Shown: positions 23,101 to 30,910 of the stretch, piece by piece
How positions within the stretch are numbered: the stretch's first letter is position 1
How the letters are laid out: each line of letters opens with the position of its first letter
IMG/VR virus record: IMGVR_UViG_3300025789_000001
From: an uncultured virus (IMG/VR IMGVR_UViG_3300025789_000001)
Lineage: Duplodnaviria > Heunggongvirae > Uroviricota > Caudoviricetes
Reading direction: 5' to 3' (one strand)
DNA length: 64,000 nt
Position numbers and translations under genes: made by a program
The notes under the pieces: model-generated
The model's database searches: none
Told to the model about the DNA's origin: nothing
What the model saw: only the letters and a program-made list of their open reading frames with translations

Positions 23101-25439
23101 GCATCGTCCAAGAATACTTAGACCGTGAAGCAGAACTGGAGAACCTCAAAGCCGAGCAGTTGGATCCAAGCACTCCTCCTGATCGCCAGCTCAATCTATT
23201 GGCAGAAATTGAAGAAGCCCAGCAGGACTTTAAGAATATCTCTATTGCTCTGCAAAAAGTTAACATGACTGATGAGGCTATTGAAGACTTTATTAATTTA
23301 GATAAAGAGTATCCAGAGCTCAAAGAGATGATGAAAAACTGGTCTGCTGTCAATAAGAACATGATTGACATGATGGAGCACTCTAGAATCATCAGCAAGA
23401 AGCGGGCTGATACCCTTCGGGCTATCAAGGATTATGTTCCTTGGCAGCGTATTCAAGATGAGCAGACTGATCCCCATGCACCGATCTATGGCTCTAAAGG
23501 TGTTAGAAACGTAGCCAGAGAGCATCGTTTCAAAGAAGGAAAGGTAACGGCTGATATTGATGACATCGTAGACAATATGTTGCATAACGTCATGGTTACT
23601 ACCCGTAATTCAATTAAGAACTACGCAGCCAACCGTATTGCTCAAGAGTATGGAACCCGTAATGAGAAGGGCAAGCTCAAAGTATTTCCTAAGGAAGACT
23701 TCTCTAAAGGGATTGTCCGCATCCTGGTCAACGGCAGAAAAATCCATATTCAGATTGCTGACCCATTAGTTGCTCGTTCTGTTATTGGTATTGAGAACAT
23801 TCAGATTCCAATGAATGAAGTCTTGGCTTTCTTTGCCAATGGCTTGCGTAGATCGATTACCTTCTCTGGCGTATTCCAAATCAAACAGCTATTTATGGAT
23901 GCTCCTACAGCTGCGCTGGTATCTGGCGTGAAGAACCCAGCTGCCTTGTTTGGCCGTGTGTTTACTTCGTTTGCTGCAGGCTTAACTCAAAATGATGACA
24001 TTGTAGAGTTGCTCAAGGCTCATGGTATCGGTGGATATCACTCAGCCGCTAGAACAGCTGAACACCAATACAAACAAGAGATTGGTTTGATTAACCAGTC
24101 TAAGATGGCAAAGATAGCCAACATCCTCGATAAGATCTCTGATGCCTCTGATATTGCTCAGCGTAGAGCAGTCTATATTCAAGTCATGAAAGAAACTGGC
24201 GGGGATCAGCGTAAAGCAATTTTGGCTGCAACCAACATTATTGACTTTGATAAACGGGGTCATGCTAGAACAGCCCAGTTCCTTAATCGTACTATTGCCT
24301 TCATGAATGCCTATGCCCAGCAGATTGATGTCTTAGCACAAGCTTTGGCCGAACCAGTGGCTGGCGGTATTGAAGCCCTAACAGGCGCTAAAGTAACTAG
24401 CGTTAGCGGTGGTCTTCGTGGTATTGACCGTCAACAAGCCATGACCCGTTTAGCTGTTTCAGCTGGCCTCTTAGCCTCTACTTGCCTGCTTTACTCTATG
24501 GCGGTAGGGGACGATGATGAATACAAGAAGATGGATGACCAGACCAAGATGCGCAACTTCGTCATTCCTAAGTCATTGATGCAAACTATTGGATATGAAC
24601 ATTCATTGTTAATTCCTATGCATACATCGGCTAGTTATTTCTTTAAAACGATTCCTGAATTGCTTTATAACAAGATCACTAAGGAGGGGACAAAAGATGC
24701 CATCGATAATGCAAGGTTACGGAAAGTACTCAAAGAAGGTGCAGTGGATGCGTTACTTGGCCCATTGGGGTCTGCCCCAGTCCCAACGGGTATCAAACCT
24801 TTCCTTGAGATAGCAATTAACCATGACTTCTATACAGGCGGCACAGTAACCCCAGAAGGTATGAAGAATCTGGCTGCCTTTAAACAGTTCCGTGGCAGCA
24901 CTTCAGAGCTCGGTAAGTGGATGAGTGCAGTAAGCGGTCTAGGAACAGATCACCGTCTTTTGAACCCTATGGAAGCTGACCATATTATGCGTGGTCTGGG
25001 TGGCTCTGTGGCTGCTATTGCAATGTGGGGATCTAACCTATTTAATGGTAACAAGGCAAGCCCTCAGGAAAGGGATAATATCCTCTATGGCTCGTTTGTA
25101 GCCCCTGAGGTGGGCAGAGGTAGGGAAGACCTATTCTATGACCTTAAACAACGTGCTGACGTGGCTATGGGGACTTATAAGAACCTGATGCAGCATGGCC
25201 ATAAAGAAGAAGGCAAGGAATGGTTTAATGACCATAAAGGCGAGATTACAGCCTATGGATTTACTGAGTCGGCTAACCAGAGCCTGGTCAACGTCAATGC
25301 CGAGATCCGTAGAATCGAAGACTTGCCAGCCTCTAAGATGACCCCAGAGTTAAAACGTCAAAAGATTGACGAATACAAGCGGATTAAAGAAAACATCCTA
25401 GAGCAAACTATTCAGTTCCGTCTAAAAGCTGGACTCTAA
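14175..25439 (+). CDS. Giant polyvalent virion protein (DarB-like): amino-methyltransferase + Strawberry-notch-type SF2 helicase + HExxH segment + LPD38-like C-terminus
   Basis: EPTAGNG (~17157), NPPF (~17331), GDQTGIGKGR (~18399), DESHN (~18846), QAGSTGLSLHAS and QMLGRVHRTGQ (~20043), HELMH (~22116). Confidence 0.85.
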   Translation: MDDLQKLASQYGGTVVPEQAPAEKTEDLSKLVEQFGGTVVPYTPVTALKDVGKEAAAGALPGIYGTPEALQTGLMQSQRSTFNLPTEALNVIANPEKLINAIPTSLGLPPIFAGKEAKTELIPTKPAELALDEVIARGKSKTLRELTEAGIKKASQIRSTESGEMQKALEDFQPTLDLAKVAKGDLSGISFGKNPTALGVAGQFAQVFGSSFPAMVATVATKNPIYMTSMGFGQGASEATGNAIQYIDGMNDQKLAENSPYFKDLLARGYEPKLARAMTKEKAVDLAGTFEGITDTLGGAFTGNLLAGRFDKALLSSAKNRAARIISQMGKGVLAESTEQGLNEVADGIASDLGIDKTVRKEIGTDAFANFVYGALGGAPGGAFSGARAKAEPIVAPQAPQAPQAPNAPQAAAPVASTAPVVPEAVQKGLVSPEDLEEPVAPKAPSVAPEATPQEIEPELHARASMKLEDLVNQADQTGNINVKELNKLARDLDIKPSKDVQETTMAIFEKLNPRPVEEEVAPYDPQELVQKAQQDFKGVVTTNNEQTAESIRRNIGEDAANIYLNELNRLSEQALEKKLEEKNKAQEEAPVPKAEEKAAEAAPEEVSEQAPEPAEEKTQAQINQERQEKQKAEAQLKAPEDPDAMIKRQEGYEEAKAKYADDIDPRLAFSALKSAGKDVEMNPEALPELKKLEEMGLIQLKTGKRKSFYRGKGADEAGLNSESTYQELVNYLRPKEKVELSAEAKAKQDLEDALADLAWLASKDTRMNMMPEDEQRLLPILTRLMDAAFRLGYHKFKAAAKFVRDTIREKFGKEAADKINLNHLQGAYIGMSGNYPDQATPIAEVAGVQKLEELEEEAPKAEVKVDLATPDGKFKIAEAISQHFLYGNSFGTIVEARKFISDMTGQKIEAGTQAAKQADEAVEVGVVLAAQKIAHKDRKPAEIYQGLVNLYNQQPNLAVRSSTSVREQAYSTPAPLAYIASQLAGITDKTTVYEPTAGNGMLLLAANPKNVIANELNSTRYEMLKKVLPGAKVSNENAVLKSINPVDVVIANPPFGSIGEEFHVYGKTTREIDHAISYKALNDMPANGRAVLILGGVRAEGEDARREGYRQKAKREFYYNLYKDYNVVDHFSVAGDMYSKQGASYPVDVIVIDGKGQSQRALPAAELPQQITTYEELKEKLNEPSVVSRENVVPTRADIGERPTGEPKPEAVGERTGRPSGEPSVQGAKPAEGGRRGVSENEPSKRGAPEPTGAGVSAGQPGFANEPERGSNRGPVPSEGGEKRPSGREGAARNEPSPVGGPSVVSGTRVESGLADRRGQETETGHQVGYEPHSQAASVGTLVPKAMAQSIDESISKVEDEVGNVDEYVAEALHMDPETLKEKFSAEQVDALTLAIRNAEAGKGFIIGDQTGIGKGRVVAAMIKYAIENDKVPIFVTEKPNLYSDMIRDMDDIGMTKELGLDTAKPRILITNSSEAIPYTLYRKVGNEVTENHLTLRAPKSGKALDDILKAMREKESLGDYKVIFTTYSQLQSVKGKETERQRFIKEFGLGNYMIFDESHNAGGAGETQARSKEQRANESEGKSLATGRAAFVRDLVDNAYGTFFSSATYAKRPDVMDLYSSTDMKLAVNNINELADAIKLGGIPMQQIVANMLTKVGQYIRRERTFAGVTYQTQETKVDKQTAENMATSMRDILAFSRAKEGAVKDLQKSLDQTGGRASMEGEKTQVQQANFGSVMHNLIDQMLLSLKAQDSVKHAIESLKNGEKVVLTVSNTMGSFLQSYADEMGINVGDPVNLSFKDLYLKYLEKQRMLTIKTPQGKQQYRLTDEDLGPVMVAQYKKIQEFIENAGFGSAPISPIDYMHNELRKAGYKTEEITGRTSTLNYESGIPILTSRSANIKQRVNAVDAFNTGKADVIILNQAGSTGLSLHASSKFKDQRKRHMIIVQPEKNIDTHMQMLGRVHRTGQVVAPAYSQMMADIPAEMRPAAVLLKKMASLNANTTASRKSAVTAEGAVDFMNDYGGQIAQEYLRDNPEVHEALGGKRVVDLIEDPTDAKEDDIRRLTGYIPMLPIKEQEEIYKDLIDRYNDLVDRENSMGTNKLEAKAADLDAETLSSQPITEDKGEQSLFAQPAYMEKVDVKRTVKPYSSQEVNEKIAERVGSNMSEDRYRITNELLNGVKERAAEYGQAQLAALQEKGADQVKIDTYKGQLNLQYQHIKSILGNYPIGTPISIKNNQGIFVYGVVTDLENKKKTANPVAGSDWKMHIALANGDAKAITINFSQIGSTYQLNKEDYINWYNPETQKAEMIRLIDLFDKGSNVRREKRWMVTGNILAGFASDAVKNQGQIMSYTKSDGTTGQGILMPRTYDFEKAQREAPIRITNADNAMRFMNEVNGVVTSGDNVLRISKHGNQYQFNVPSSKKEGGTFFLDPGLLKFTGDFYKSGNTMYTRVYDESKAKAAIDYILNDRGDTLIASSPKDKAREMFAPPKATVTPSVIIPKEMKERIARIHENKVKEHAEARRGITAEKRKIIKGEIGIDVQRRLTELEQLAKELSEDKKLTAERKDSPERFMAKALDEYDKGNISKDVLDVIKYIYNNTPALLSGLKMSVKSFKDKQGFTAAGLFDAADRLITLYKTTGAVNAGTIRHELMHTLEQMMDPQTQQNLIEAWRASLEKAIKKNTDTKSQDYFKAILDYVDRPSEENFAHAMRILPSQDMYQYINPSEFWAVNAEKLMAAKLGTPWHRFTMAIKQVMEALKKLFGFDNTYTIYKTFNDLIKGETPRDHKKMLVDFIGSGKYKTEFLFSVEKTDELLAKHERNDAPIHLSNTVVDRLLGGYQDAKNTVAKMKESPRMAVNNMVGNVDRALLTTRVNMTDFTAGLTAADADRYGRMLEDGEGRAIASVAMNQALKAARIGTQVIMLGKLYFDPNLQMYRAVKDKFSMANILTIKHQLEKQIGVQRAANVIQAYFEAKRSKSIVQEYLDREAELENLKAEQLDPSTPPDRQLNLLAEIEEAQQDFKNISIALQKVNMTDEAIEDFINLDKEYPELKEMMKNWSAVNKNMIDMMEHSRIISKKRADTLRAIKDYVPWQRIQDEQTDPHAPIYGSKGVRNVAREHRFKEGKVTADIDDIVDNMLHNVMVTTRNSIKNYAANRIAQEYGTRNEKGKLKVFPKEDFSKGIVRILVNGRKIHIQIADPLVARSVIGIENIQIPMNEVLAFFANGLRRSITFSGVFQIKQLFMDAPTAALVSGVKNPAALFGRVFTSFAAGLTQNDDIVELLKAHGIGGYHSAARTAEHQYKQEIGLINQSKMAKIANILDKISDASDIAQRRAVYIQVMKETGGDQRKAILAATNIIDFDKRGHARTAQFLNRTIAFMNAYAQQIDVLAQALAEPVAGGIEALTGAKVTSVSGGLRGIDRQQAMTRLAVSAGLLASTCLLYSMAVGDDDEYKKMDDQTKMRNFVIPKSLMQTIGYEHSLLIPMHTSASYFFKTIPELLYNKITKEGTKDAIDNARLRKVLKEGAVDALLGPLGSAPVPTGIKPFLEIAINHDFYTGGTVTPEGMKNLAAFKQFRGSTSELGKWMSAVSGLGTDHRLLNPMEADHIMRGLGGSVAAIAMWGSNLFNGNKASPQERDNILYGSFVAPEVGRGREDLFYDLKQRADVAMGTYKNLMQHGHKEEGKEWFNDHKGEITAYGFTESANQSLVNVNAEIRRIEDLPASKMTPELKRQKIDEYKRIKENILEQTIQFRLKAGL

Positions 25440-25758
25440 CCATCCCCATTACTTCTTCTGAGAAGACGAAAGTGGGTAGAAACTGTTTGTCATTGACTTT
25501 CAGGGCATCTGCCAGCCCATCTAACCCTGATTTAATTGAGGCAACCATGTTGTCGGCATCCCTGTGCCGTCTATCTGGCGGGTAAAAAGTAATTTTCATA
25601 GGGATTTTCCCTAATTTCTCACATCCTAGCTTGGCTTCTAATGCCAACGCCCAGCAAGCCTGCCGATACATCTTTTTGTATTTAGCCTTCTTAGCCCAGT
25701 GAATAGCGGCATTGGGGGAGAGTTCTTTGGGTGGCCAAGGAAAAACAACAGTTTTCAT
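25408..25758 (-). CDS. rusA: RusA-like Holliday junction resolvase
   Basis: FPWPP..LSPN, PPDRRHRDADNM...KSGLDGLADAL..ND motif. Confidence 0.8.
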   Translation of the reverse strand: MKTVVFPWPPKELSPNAAIHWAKKAKYKKMYRQACWALALEAKLGCEKLGKIPMKITFYPPDRRHRDADNMVASIKSGLDGLADALKVNDKQFLPTFVFSEEVMGMVRVQLLDGTE

Positions 25759-25787
25759 AGTAGATGAATTAATATGGGTACAACCTA

Positions 25788-25816
25788 TTGACATGGGTTA
25801 GTATATCAGCCAAACT
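25788..25816 (+). promoter_or_regulatory. Sigma70-like promoter for the recombination/accessory operon
   Basis: TTGACA-17 nt-CAAACT upstream of ATG 25846. Confidence 0.55.
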
Positions 25817-25829
25817 ACAGTCTGATTTA

Positions 25830-25838
25830 CTGCTAGGA
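25830..25838 (+). promoter_or_regulatory. CTGCTAGGA box overlapping SD
   Basis: Exact motif 7 nt before ATG 25846. Confidence 0.7.
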
Positions 25839-25845
25839 AAACAAA

Positions 25846-26067
25846 ATGCACATACCTTATACAACCATTTCGGGTTTGAAGATTGGTTCTCGTTACCAGG
25901 AGAATGGTATCACATCCCCAATCACAGACCCCGATATGTTATTGATTCAAGAGGCTTTACTGGCCACACCAGACTACATTCGTAGCAAGAAGATGTACGA
26001 TAGAAGTATTGTAGTAAGCATGGCTACAGGCATATTTGTAGCCTTTTATTTTTTATTATTCCGATAG
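25846..26067 (+). CDS. Hypothetical protein with C-terminal TM helix
   Basis: PYTT.SGLKIGSRY motif; hydrophobic C-terminus. Confidence 0.65.
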   Translation: MHIPYTTISGLKIGSRYQENGITSPITDPDMLLIQEALLATPDYIRSKKMYDRSIVVSMATGIFVAFYFLLFR

Positions 26068-26075
26068 GGGGATTT

Positions 26076-26237
26076 ATGGAAGACGATGTATTTACACCAA
26101 TCCAAAACGAGATTCTAAGGGCTGTGTTTCGGTCTATGGATCAAGAACTTGGCATCCGTCCTTTGACTGAAGAACAGCTCAAAGCCTTCAACATCAAACT
26201 GGATGCTAAAGAACGTGAAATTAACCAACAAGTTTAA
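26076..26237 (+). CDS. Hypothetical protein, 53 aa (not in ORF track)
   Basis: SD GGGGA, ATG 26076, TAA 26235-26237. Confidence 0.55.
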   Translation: MEDDVFTPIQNEILRAVFRSMDQELGIRPLTEEQLKAFNIKLDAKEREINQQV

Positions 26238-27084
26238 TATTCCTCAGACAATCATTAATGTCTTGGAGCGCCCTCATTACAACAAGGGCAAGGCTCATCT
26301 GTCAGTTACCCAGCTGATCAATAGCCCAAAGATCGTTAGCTTGACCAAGAAATACGATGAAGAGATTGAGCAAGATGCTTCTTCAATGATCTGGGCTTTG
26401 TTTGGTTCTGCTATGCACAATGTAGTCGAGCATGGCAAAGGAGAGCACGACATTGTTGAAGAACGCTTACACGCTGAGCTCGATGGCTGGAACATTAGTG
26501 GGGCTATTGACTTACAAATCCCCAATCCAAACGGCATGACAATCAAAGACTACAAAGTAACCAGTGTCTGGTCTGTCATGAATGAGAAGATTGATTGGGA
26601 ATACCAGTTAAATATTTACGCATGGCTGGTCGAGCACGTCAAAAAGGTTCCCGTAACTGATTTAGGTATTGTTGCATTTCTACGCAATTGGTCAGAGAAG
26701 GAGTCTGAGAAAGAGGGTTACCCACAGGCTCCAATCGTAGAGTTACCCATCACTTTATGGTCGATACAAGAGAGAGAGGATTTCATAAAAGCCCGCATCT
26801 CAGCACATTCTGAATGTGACTTCGCCTTGGAAACTGCTGGATCCCTACCCAATTGTACTCCAGAGGAAATGTGGGAAAAGCCTGCTGTTTGGGCCATTAA
26901 GAAGGTTGGCGGTAAGAGAGCTCACTCGTTATATGACACCCCTGAGAAGGCCTTATCAGCATTGGCTGATCTAGGGGAAAACTATGACATTGAGGAGCGT
27001 AAGGGAGAACGTACTCGTTGTGAGAGTTACTGTCTCGTTAATAAGTGGTGTAAACAGTATCAAGACTATAAGGAGCAGCAATGA
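26203..27084 (+). CDS. PD-(D/E)XK exonuclease (Cas4/RecB-like); likely start GTG 26215
   Basis: LSVTQL, GSAMH, ISGAIDL...IKDYK, YQLNIY, C-terminal RCESYC...C. Confidence 0.8.
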   Translation: MLKNVKLTNKFNIPQTIINVLERPHYNKGKAHLSVTQLINSPKIVSLTKKYDEEIEQDASSMIWALFGSAMHNVVEHGKGEHDIVEERLHAELDGWNISGAIDLQIPNPNGMTIKDYKVTSVWSVMNEKIDWEYQLNIYAWLVEHVKKVPVTDLGIVAFLRNWSEKESEKEGYPQAPIVELPITLWSIQEREDFIKARISAHSECDFALETAGSLPNCTPEEMWEKPAVWAIKKVGGKRAHSLYDTPEKALSALADLGENYDIEERKGERTRCESYCLVNKWCKQYQDYKEQQ

Positions 27085-27293
27085 TCGCATCAGAAATCGC
27101 AAGAGAATTAGAGCGCATAGTAGCACCAGCAACTCAAGCATTAAAAGTTCAGGAAGACCAAATTGAGGGTTTATTGGTAGCACAATACAACTTCACAATT
27201 ACTATTTCTAAGCTGGAAGCAGAGATTGCTGATTTACGCCAGAAGAATGATTCTTTATGGAAAGAACTTAATTGGAAGAAAGAAACAGCATGA
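27081..27293 (+). CDS. Hypothetical coiled-coil protein
   Basis: SD AAGGAG, ATGA coupling. Confidence 0.6.
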   Translation: MIASEIARELERIVAPATQALKVQEDQIEGLLVAQYNFTITISKLEAEIADLRQKNDSLWKELNWKKETA

Positions 27294-27967
27294 AAACGTA
27301 TGCAGAATTAAGAAAGATCAATGTCAATGAACATACAGAAAAGAAAGGTAACCTTACCTATTTATCGTGGGCTTGGGCTGTTGACAAGCTATTGGAGAAT
27401 GACCCAACAGCAACCTGGATATTTGGAACTCCGATGGGTTATGCAGACACCGTAATGGTCTGCTGTAAAGTCACCGCCTTTGGCAAGACTATGGAGATGC
27501 AATTGCCTGTTATGGATAACCGTAACAACGCCATTAAGAATCCAGATGCCCGTAGGATTTCAGATGCTCAGATGCGCTGCTTAACAAAGTGTATTGCCTG
27601 CTTCGGGATTGCATTGTATTTGTATGCTGGTGAAGATTTGCCCCAAGAGGACGAAGAGCCTGTAAAGGCCACTCCATCCCCAAAGCCAGTCGCTAAGCCA
27701 GCTGAGAAGATTGCTGGTCATCGTGGCGAGTTTCAGATCGTCATTGACCCTCTACCAGCTGGAGACAATACAAACTGGCTAAAACTGGTCAAAGAATCAT
27801 CCCATATGTTGCTAGACCTATGTGCTAGTGATGCCGATGTTATGACAATATTTAAGAAGAACAAGGTTCTATTTGATACTGTCAAAGCAGCTGATCCTCT
27901 TTTCTTTAAGGAAATGATGATCAAATTTACTGAAACCAAAGCTAAATTTACTAAGGAAGAAAAATGA
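27290..27967 (+). CDS. Sak3-like (DUF1071) single-strand annealing recombinase
   Basis: EKKGNLTYLSWAWA, LPVMDNRNNAI, QMRCLTKCIA.FGI.LYLYAGEDLP. Confidence 0.85.
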   Translation: MKTYAELRKINVNEHTEKKGNLTYLSWAWAVDKLLENDPTATWIFGTPMGYADTVMVCCKVTAFGKTMEMQLPVMDNRNNAIKNPDARRISDAQMRCLTKCIACFGIALYLYAGEDLPQEDEEPVKATPSPKPVAKPAEKIAGHRGEFQIVIDPLPAGDNTNWLKLVKESSHMLLDLCASDADVMTIFKKNKVLFDTVKAADPLFFKEMMIKFTETKAKFTKEEK

Positions 27968-28221
27968 GCTACGAACAAAAGCCCAATACTGGGGCGCTAT
28001 TCCCAAACCAAAAGAAGTCAGAAAATCACCCTGATAAACGGGGAGATTTATTCTTAGACAAGACTTTCTTAATTGACCAGATGGATAAATCCAAAGGAGC
28101 ATTGGTTAAGATTTCTATTGCTGGCTGGGAGAATACTTCCAAGAATGGCATGAATTATCTATCACTCAAAGCATCTGAGCCATACGAAGCACCAGCCACT
28201 ACTGGCAATCCTTGGGAGTAA
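27964..28221 (+). CDS. Putative ssDNA-binding protein (DUF736-like)
   Basis: GALF.N.KK.ENHPD..G, IAGW, YLSLK; follows the recombinase. Confidence 0.6.
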   Translation: MSYEQKPNTGALFPNQKKSENHPDKRGDLFLDKTFLIDQMDKSKGALVKISIAGWENTSKNGMNYLSLKASEPYEAPATTGNPWE

Positions 28222-28223
28222 TC

Positions 28224-28556
28224 ATGAAACTATTAAAGCGTGGCAGACCTAGTAAAAAGTTTAGCCCTGAACTGATGCAACAAGCAGCTCAGAATGTCAT
28301 GGATCGAGCCAAAGAAGAAGCTATCAGCGAACTAGAAAAGAAAGAGGCTCACGAGGCCAATATTCAACGATTGATTGCTGAAAGAGCTACTGTTCACTGG
28401 GAAGAAGTGGCTCAAAAGCAAGAAGTTGAGCTCGGTGTATTACGCATGGAAAACGATGAATTAGCCCGTATCTGTATGAATCGTTACGAAGAAATTGAGC
28501 GTTGGAAGTTTGTCATCAAATATTTGGAGAAGCGGATTGAAGACCTTGCAGTTTGA
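28224..28556 (+). CDS. Hypothetical protein (KRGRPS motif, coiled coil)
   Basis: ORF in operon with SD GGAG. Confidence 0.55.
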   Translation: MKLLKRGRPSKKFSPELMQQAAQNVMDRAKEEAISELEKKEAHEANIQRLIAERATVHWEEVAQKQEVELGVLRMENDELARICMNRYEEIERWKFVIKYLEKRIEDLAV

Positions 28557-28956
28557 AGGCGTTAAGGTCGCTCTTAAACAAGACAAGACTGGCTATGTAC
28601 TAACCCTGTCTATTCACCCAGACGATGCCCCTGAGGACTTACTCAGGGCGTTTGTAGGGGCTAGATATCAGGTTGTCATGGTCAGGATTGGAGAGAACGA
28701 GCAACCTACGGATCAATCACAGTATGCAGGCGATAGGGCTATTCGTATTGCTGGCCTACTGTGCCGTGATCCTAAATTTTGGAAGTTTCTGCACTCTGAT
28801 GACAGGATCTTTGACGAAGACATGGAAGAGGCTACAGAATGGCTGAGAAGCTATCTTGATATCCCATCTAGATCGGATTTAAAGACCAATCAAAAGGCTC
28901 AGATACTATTGGATAAACTACATAAAGAATACACATCATGGATTCAAAAAAACTAA
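28495..28956 (+). CDS. Hypothetical phage protein (start probably TTG ~28537)
   Basis: FEGVKVALKQDKTGYVLTLSIHPD, AGLLCRDPKFWKFL. Confidence 0.65.
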   Translation: MSVGSLSSNIWRSGLKTLQFEGVKVALKQDKTGYVLTLSIHPDDAPEDLLRAFVGARYQVVMVRIGENEQPTDQSQYAGDRAIRIAGLLCRDPKFWKFLHSDDRIFDEDMEEATEWLRSYLDIPSRSDLKTNQKAQILLDKLHKEYTSWIQKN

Positions 28957-29222
28957 TACCGTATTCTGTCTATCTTCCTGAGGAGCATCATCTCAAACTC
29001 AAGGATTTTGCTAAAGATCGCAAAGCTTCTGAGTTGATACGCAACGCCATTGGTATGCTGGTAGATGGAACCGATGTCTACACTTCAGGATTTAATGCTG
29101 GAATCAAAGCGGCTGCAAAAGTTATTTATGACTGCGAAGAAGCCCAGATGATTGCCGTCAAAGGCCGTGATTTGGGAGCAGTGCTGTCCGACAAAATAAC
29201 CAATTTGGAGATTACCAAATGA
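28938..29222 (+). CDS. Putative ribbon-helix-helix DNA-binding protein
   Basis: YSVYLPEE....LK......ASELIRNAI pattern. Confidence 0.55.
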   Translation: MDSKKLIPYSVYLPEEHHLKLKDFAKDRKASELIRNAIGMLVDGTDVYTSGFNAGIKAAAKVIYDCEEAQMIAVKGRDLGAVLSDKITNLEITK

Positions 29223-29596
29223 TTGAAACTGGGGGAGTGCACAAGATTAAGAAGCAGGATTGGATTATTTTGCGTTTGCTATTCTTGACGCTGACTTTAG
29301 ATCCAACAATGGCAAAGGTAGAGGATGTTAAATTGACAATGGATTACTTGCGTAAACGCTATAAACATTGGGATCAGGATATTATTTTGCATTCATTCCC
29401 AGCCCTTAGTTATGAGCACGGGCAGCGGAAAACATTTATGGATAAATATAAAGATGTCCATTCTTTTAGAGCTTTTGCCAAAACTTTAGAGGTGGATTAC
29501 AACTACCCAGACGAAGAAGCCCGTGAGAACGCACAACGCAGAACTTTTGGCGTACAAGATTACACAATAAGACCAGGAAACCCAAATGGATACTAA
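29219..29596 (+). CDS. Hypothetical protein
   Basis: SD GGAG, ATGA coupling. Confidence 0.55.
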   Translation: MIETGGVHKIKKQDWIILRLLFLTLTLDPTMAKVEDVKLTMDYLRKRYKHWDQDIILHSFPALSYEHGQRKTFMDKYKDVHSFRAFAKTLEVDYNYPDEEARENAQRRTFGVQDYTIRPGNPNGY

Positions 29597-29816
29597 AGAA
29601 CAAGACCCATCAAGATTGATTGCATTAGAAATCTTTCAATTGCTGGCGCCTAAAGCAGATACCGATGTCAAAGTCATCATGGCTGCGGTTTCAATGGTGC
29701 TCTCTACCATAGCGGTAGAGACAGGCTTAGAGGAAGAGAAGGCTGTTTATGCGTTTACAAGGTCATATAGAAACGCTAAGAGCCGTTTAAAACACGTTAT
29801 GAAGCAGGTACACTAA
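29586..29816 (+). CDS. Hypothetical protein
   Basis: ORF tightly packed in operon. Confidence 0.55.
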   Translation: MDTKEQDPSRLIALEIFQLLAPKADTDVKVIMAAVSMVLSTIAVETGLEEEKAVYAFTRSYRNAKSRLKHVMKQVH

Positions 29817-30001
29817 TGAATGAACAAGATCTCAGGGACTGTTTTGCCATGTTTATATTAAATGGCCTGCTGTCCCGCCTGCCCTCTGAAGAAATAGATC
29901 CTGCCAATGTTTGGTATTTAGCAGATTCTATGGTGGAATCTAGAGATGTTAAGCCTGCTGGGTTGCCCCCCATCAAACGGAGAAGAAAGAGTGAAGCTTA
30001 A
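29816..30001 (+). CDS. Hypothetical phage protein
   Basis: DLRDCFAM...ADSM motif; TAATG coupling. Confidence 0.6.
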   Translation: MNEQDLRDCFAMFILNGLLSRLPSEEIDPANVWYLADSMVESRDVKPAGLPPIKRRRKSEA

Positions 30002-30146
30002 GTATTGTTCATCTTGTATGTTGTTTCAGCCAGAACAAAGTGGAAAAATAGTTCAAACTGCAAACAAAAAATTAAAACGCTTTAAATGTGGTGGTTGTTT
30101 AAAAAAAATTAGTGAACGTAAATTTCAAGGGAAAGGCACAAAATGA
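29991..30146 (+). CDS. Small zinc-finger-like protein
   Basis: CSSC...FKCGGC; GTG start. Confidence 0.5.
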   Translation: MKLKYCSSCMLFQPEQSGKIVQTANKKLKRFKCGGCLKKISERKFQGKGTK

Positions 30147-30295
30147 CTACTTTTACTACTGAAGACCGATTAGAAGCTGAAAAGGACTGGAAACAAGAAT
30201 ATGATAAGCTCCAAGAAGATTACAACAATCTCAAGGATTTATTTGATAAAGCATTAAATTCTTGGGCTAAAGACATGGAGAGGCAGAAAAAATGA
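30143..30295 (+). CDS. Hypothetical protein, 50 aa (not in ORF track)
   Basis: MTTFTTEDR...; ATGA overlaps at both ends. Confidence 0.55.
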   Translation: MTTFTTEDRLEAEKDWKQEYDKLQEDYNNLKDLFDKALNSWAKDMERQKK

Positions 30296-30522
30296 CTTGG
30301 AACCTACGGCTTGTAGACATGAAAGATCCCGAATACCCAGATCAGAATTATGTAGAAATTAGGGAAGTGTTTTATGACACTATGGGCAAGCCGATGGGTC
30401 ATACCACTGCCACATTTGGCGGTGAGAACAAGCAAGACATTAAACAATATTTAGAATGGGCTTTAGAAGCATTAGAAAAGCCTGTTTTATTCTTTAGGGA
30501 AAAGACATGGACATCAAAGTAA
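30292..30522 (+). CDS. Hypothetical phage protein
   Basis: MTWNLRLV...EIREVFYD..GKP...ALEKPVL. Confidence 0.65.
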   Translation: MTWNLRLVDMKDPEYPDQNYVEIREVFYDTMGKPMGHTTATFGGENKQDIKQYLEWALEALEKPVLFFREKTWTSK

Positions 30523-30731
30523 AAATCGAAAAGGAAAATAAAGATGGCTCGGCTGATGCTAAAGTTAGTTTCGATAAAGAAGGACTTGAAGTCCTCGTTC
30601 AATGGGGACTTGTCGCTATGCTTACCGAAGCAGTTGGTCGATATGCCACTAGACCCGATGAAAATACGCCAGTTATTACTGGACGGCCTAAAAAGAAGAA
30701 GAAAGAATTAGATATTGATGGGAGATGTTGA
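30507..30731 (+). CDS. Hypothetical protein
   Basis: ENKDGSAD motif; packed in operon. Confidence 0.55.
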   Translation: MDIKVKIEKENKDGSADAKVSFDKEGLEVLVQWGLVAMLTEAVGRYATRPDENTPVITGRPKKKKKELDIDGRC

Positions 30732-30910
30732 TGAGAGATGGTGGAAAAGGTGATGCACAACGCCCATTAGGCATTCCTATGGAAGAGTTTGATGCTAAAT
30801 GGGATGAGATATTTAACAAAGACAAAGAAAAAGATAGTAATTTAAGCATTACTGTCGATGTTGAACCAGGAGAGGCCACAGTCACAGTTAATAAGACTTG
30901 GAGCTTCTAA
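30725..30910 (+). CDS. Hypothetical phage protein
   Basis: DGGKGD..RP....F...WD.IF motif. Confidence 0.6.
   Translation: MLMRDGGKGDAQRPLGIPMEEFDAKWDEIFNKDKEKDSNLSITVDVEPGEATVTVNKTWSF

Noticed and set aside
14384..24263. Many short antisense or alternate-frame ORFs within the giant gene (likewise within portal, terminase and capsid genes)
   Set aside because: Shadow ORFs arising from codon bias of the real genes
26203..27084. Cas4-like nuclease as evidence of a CRISPR system
   Set aside because: Sits beside a Sak3 recombinase and an SSB-like gene; ordinary phage recombination exonuclease context
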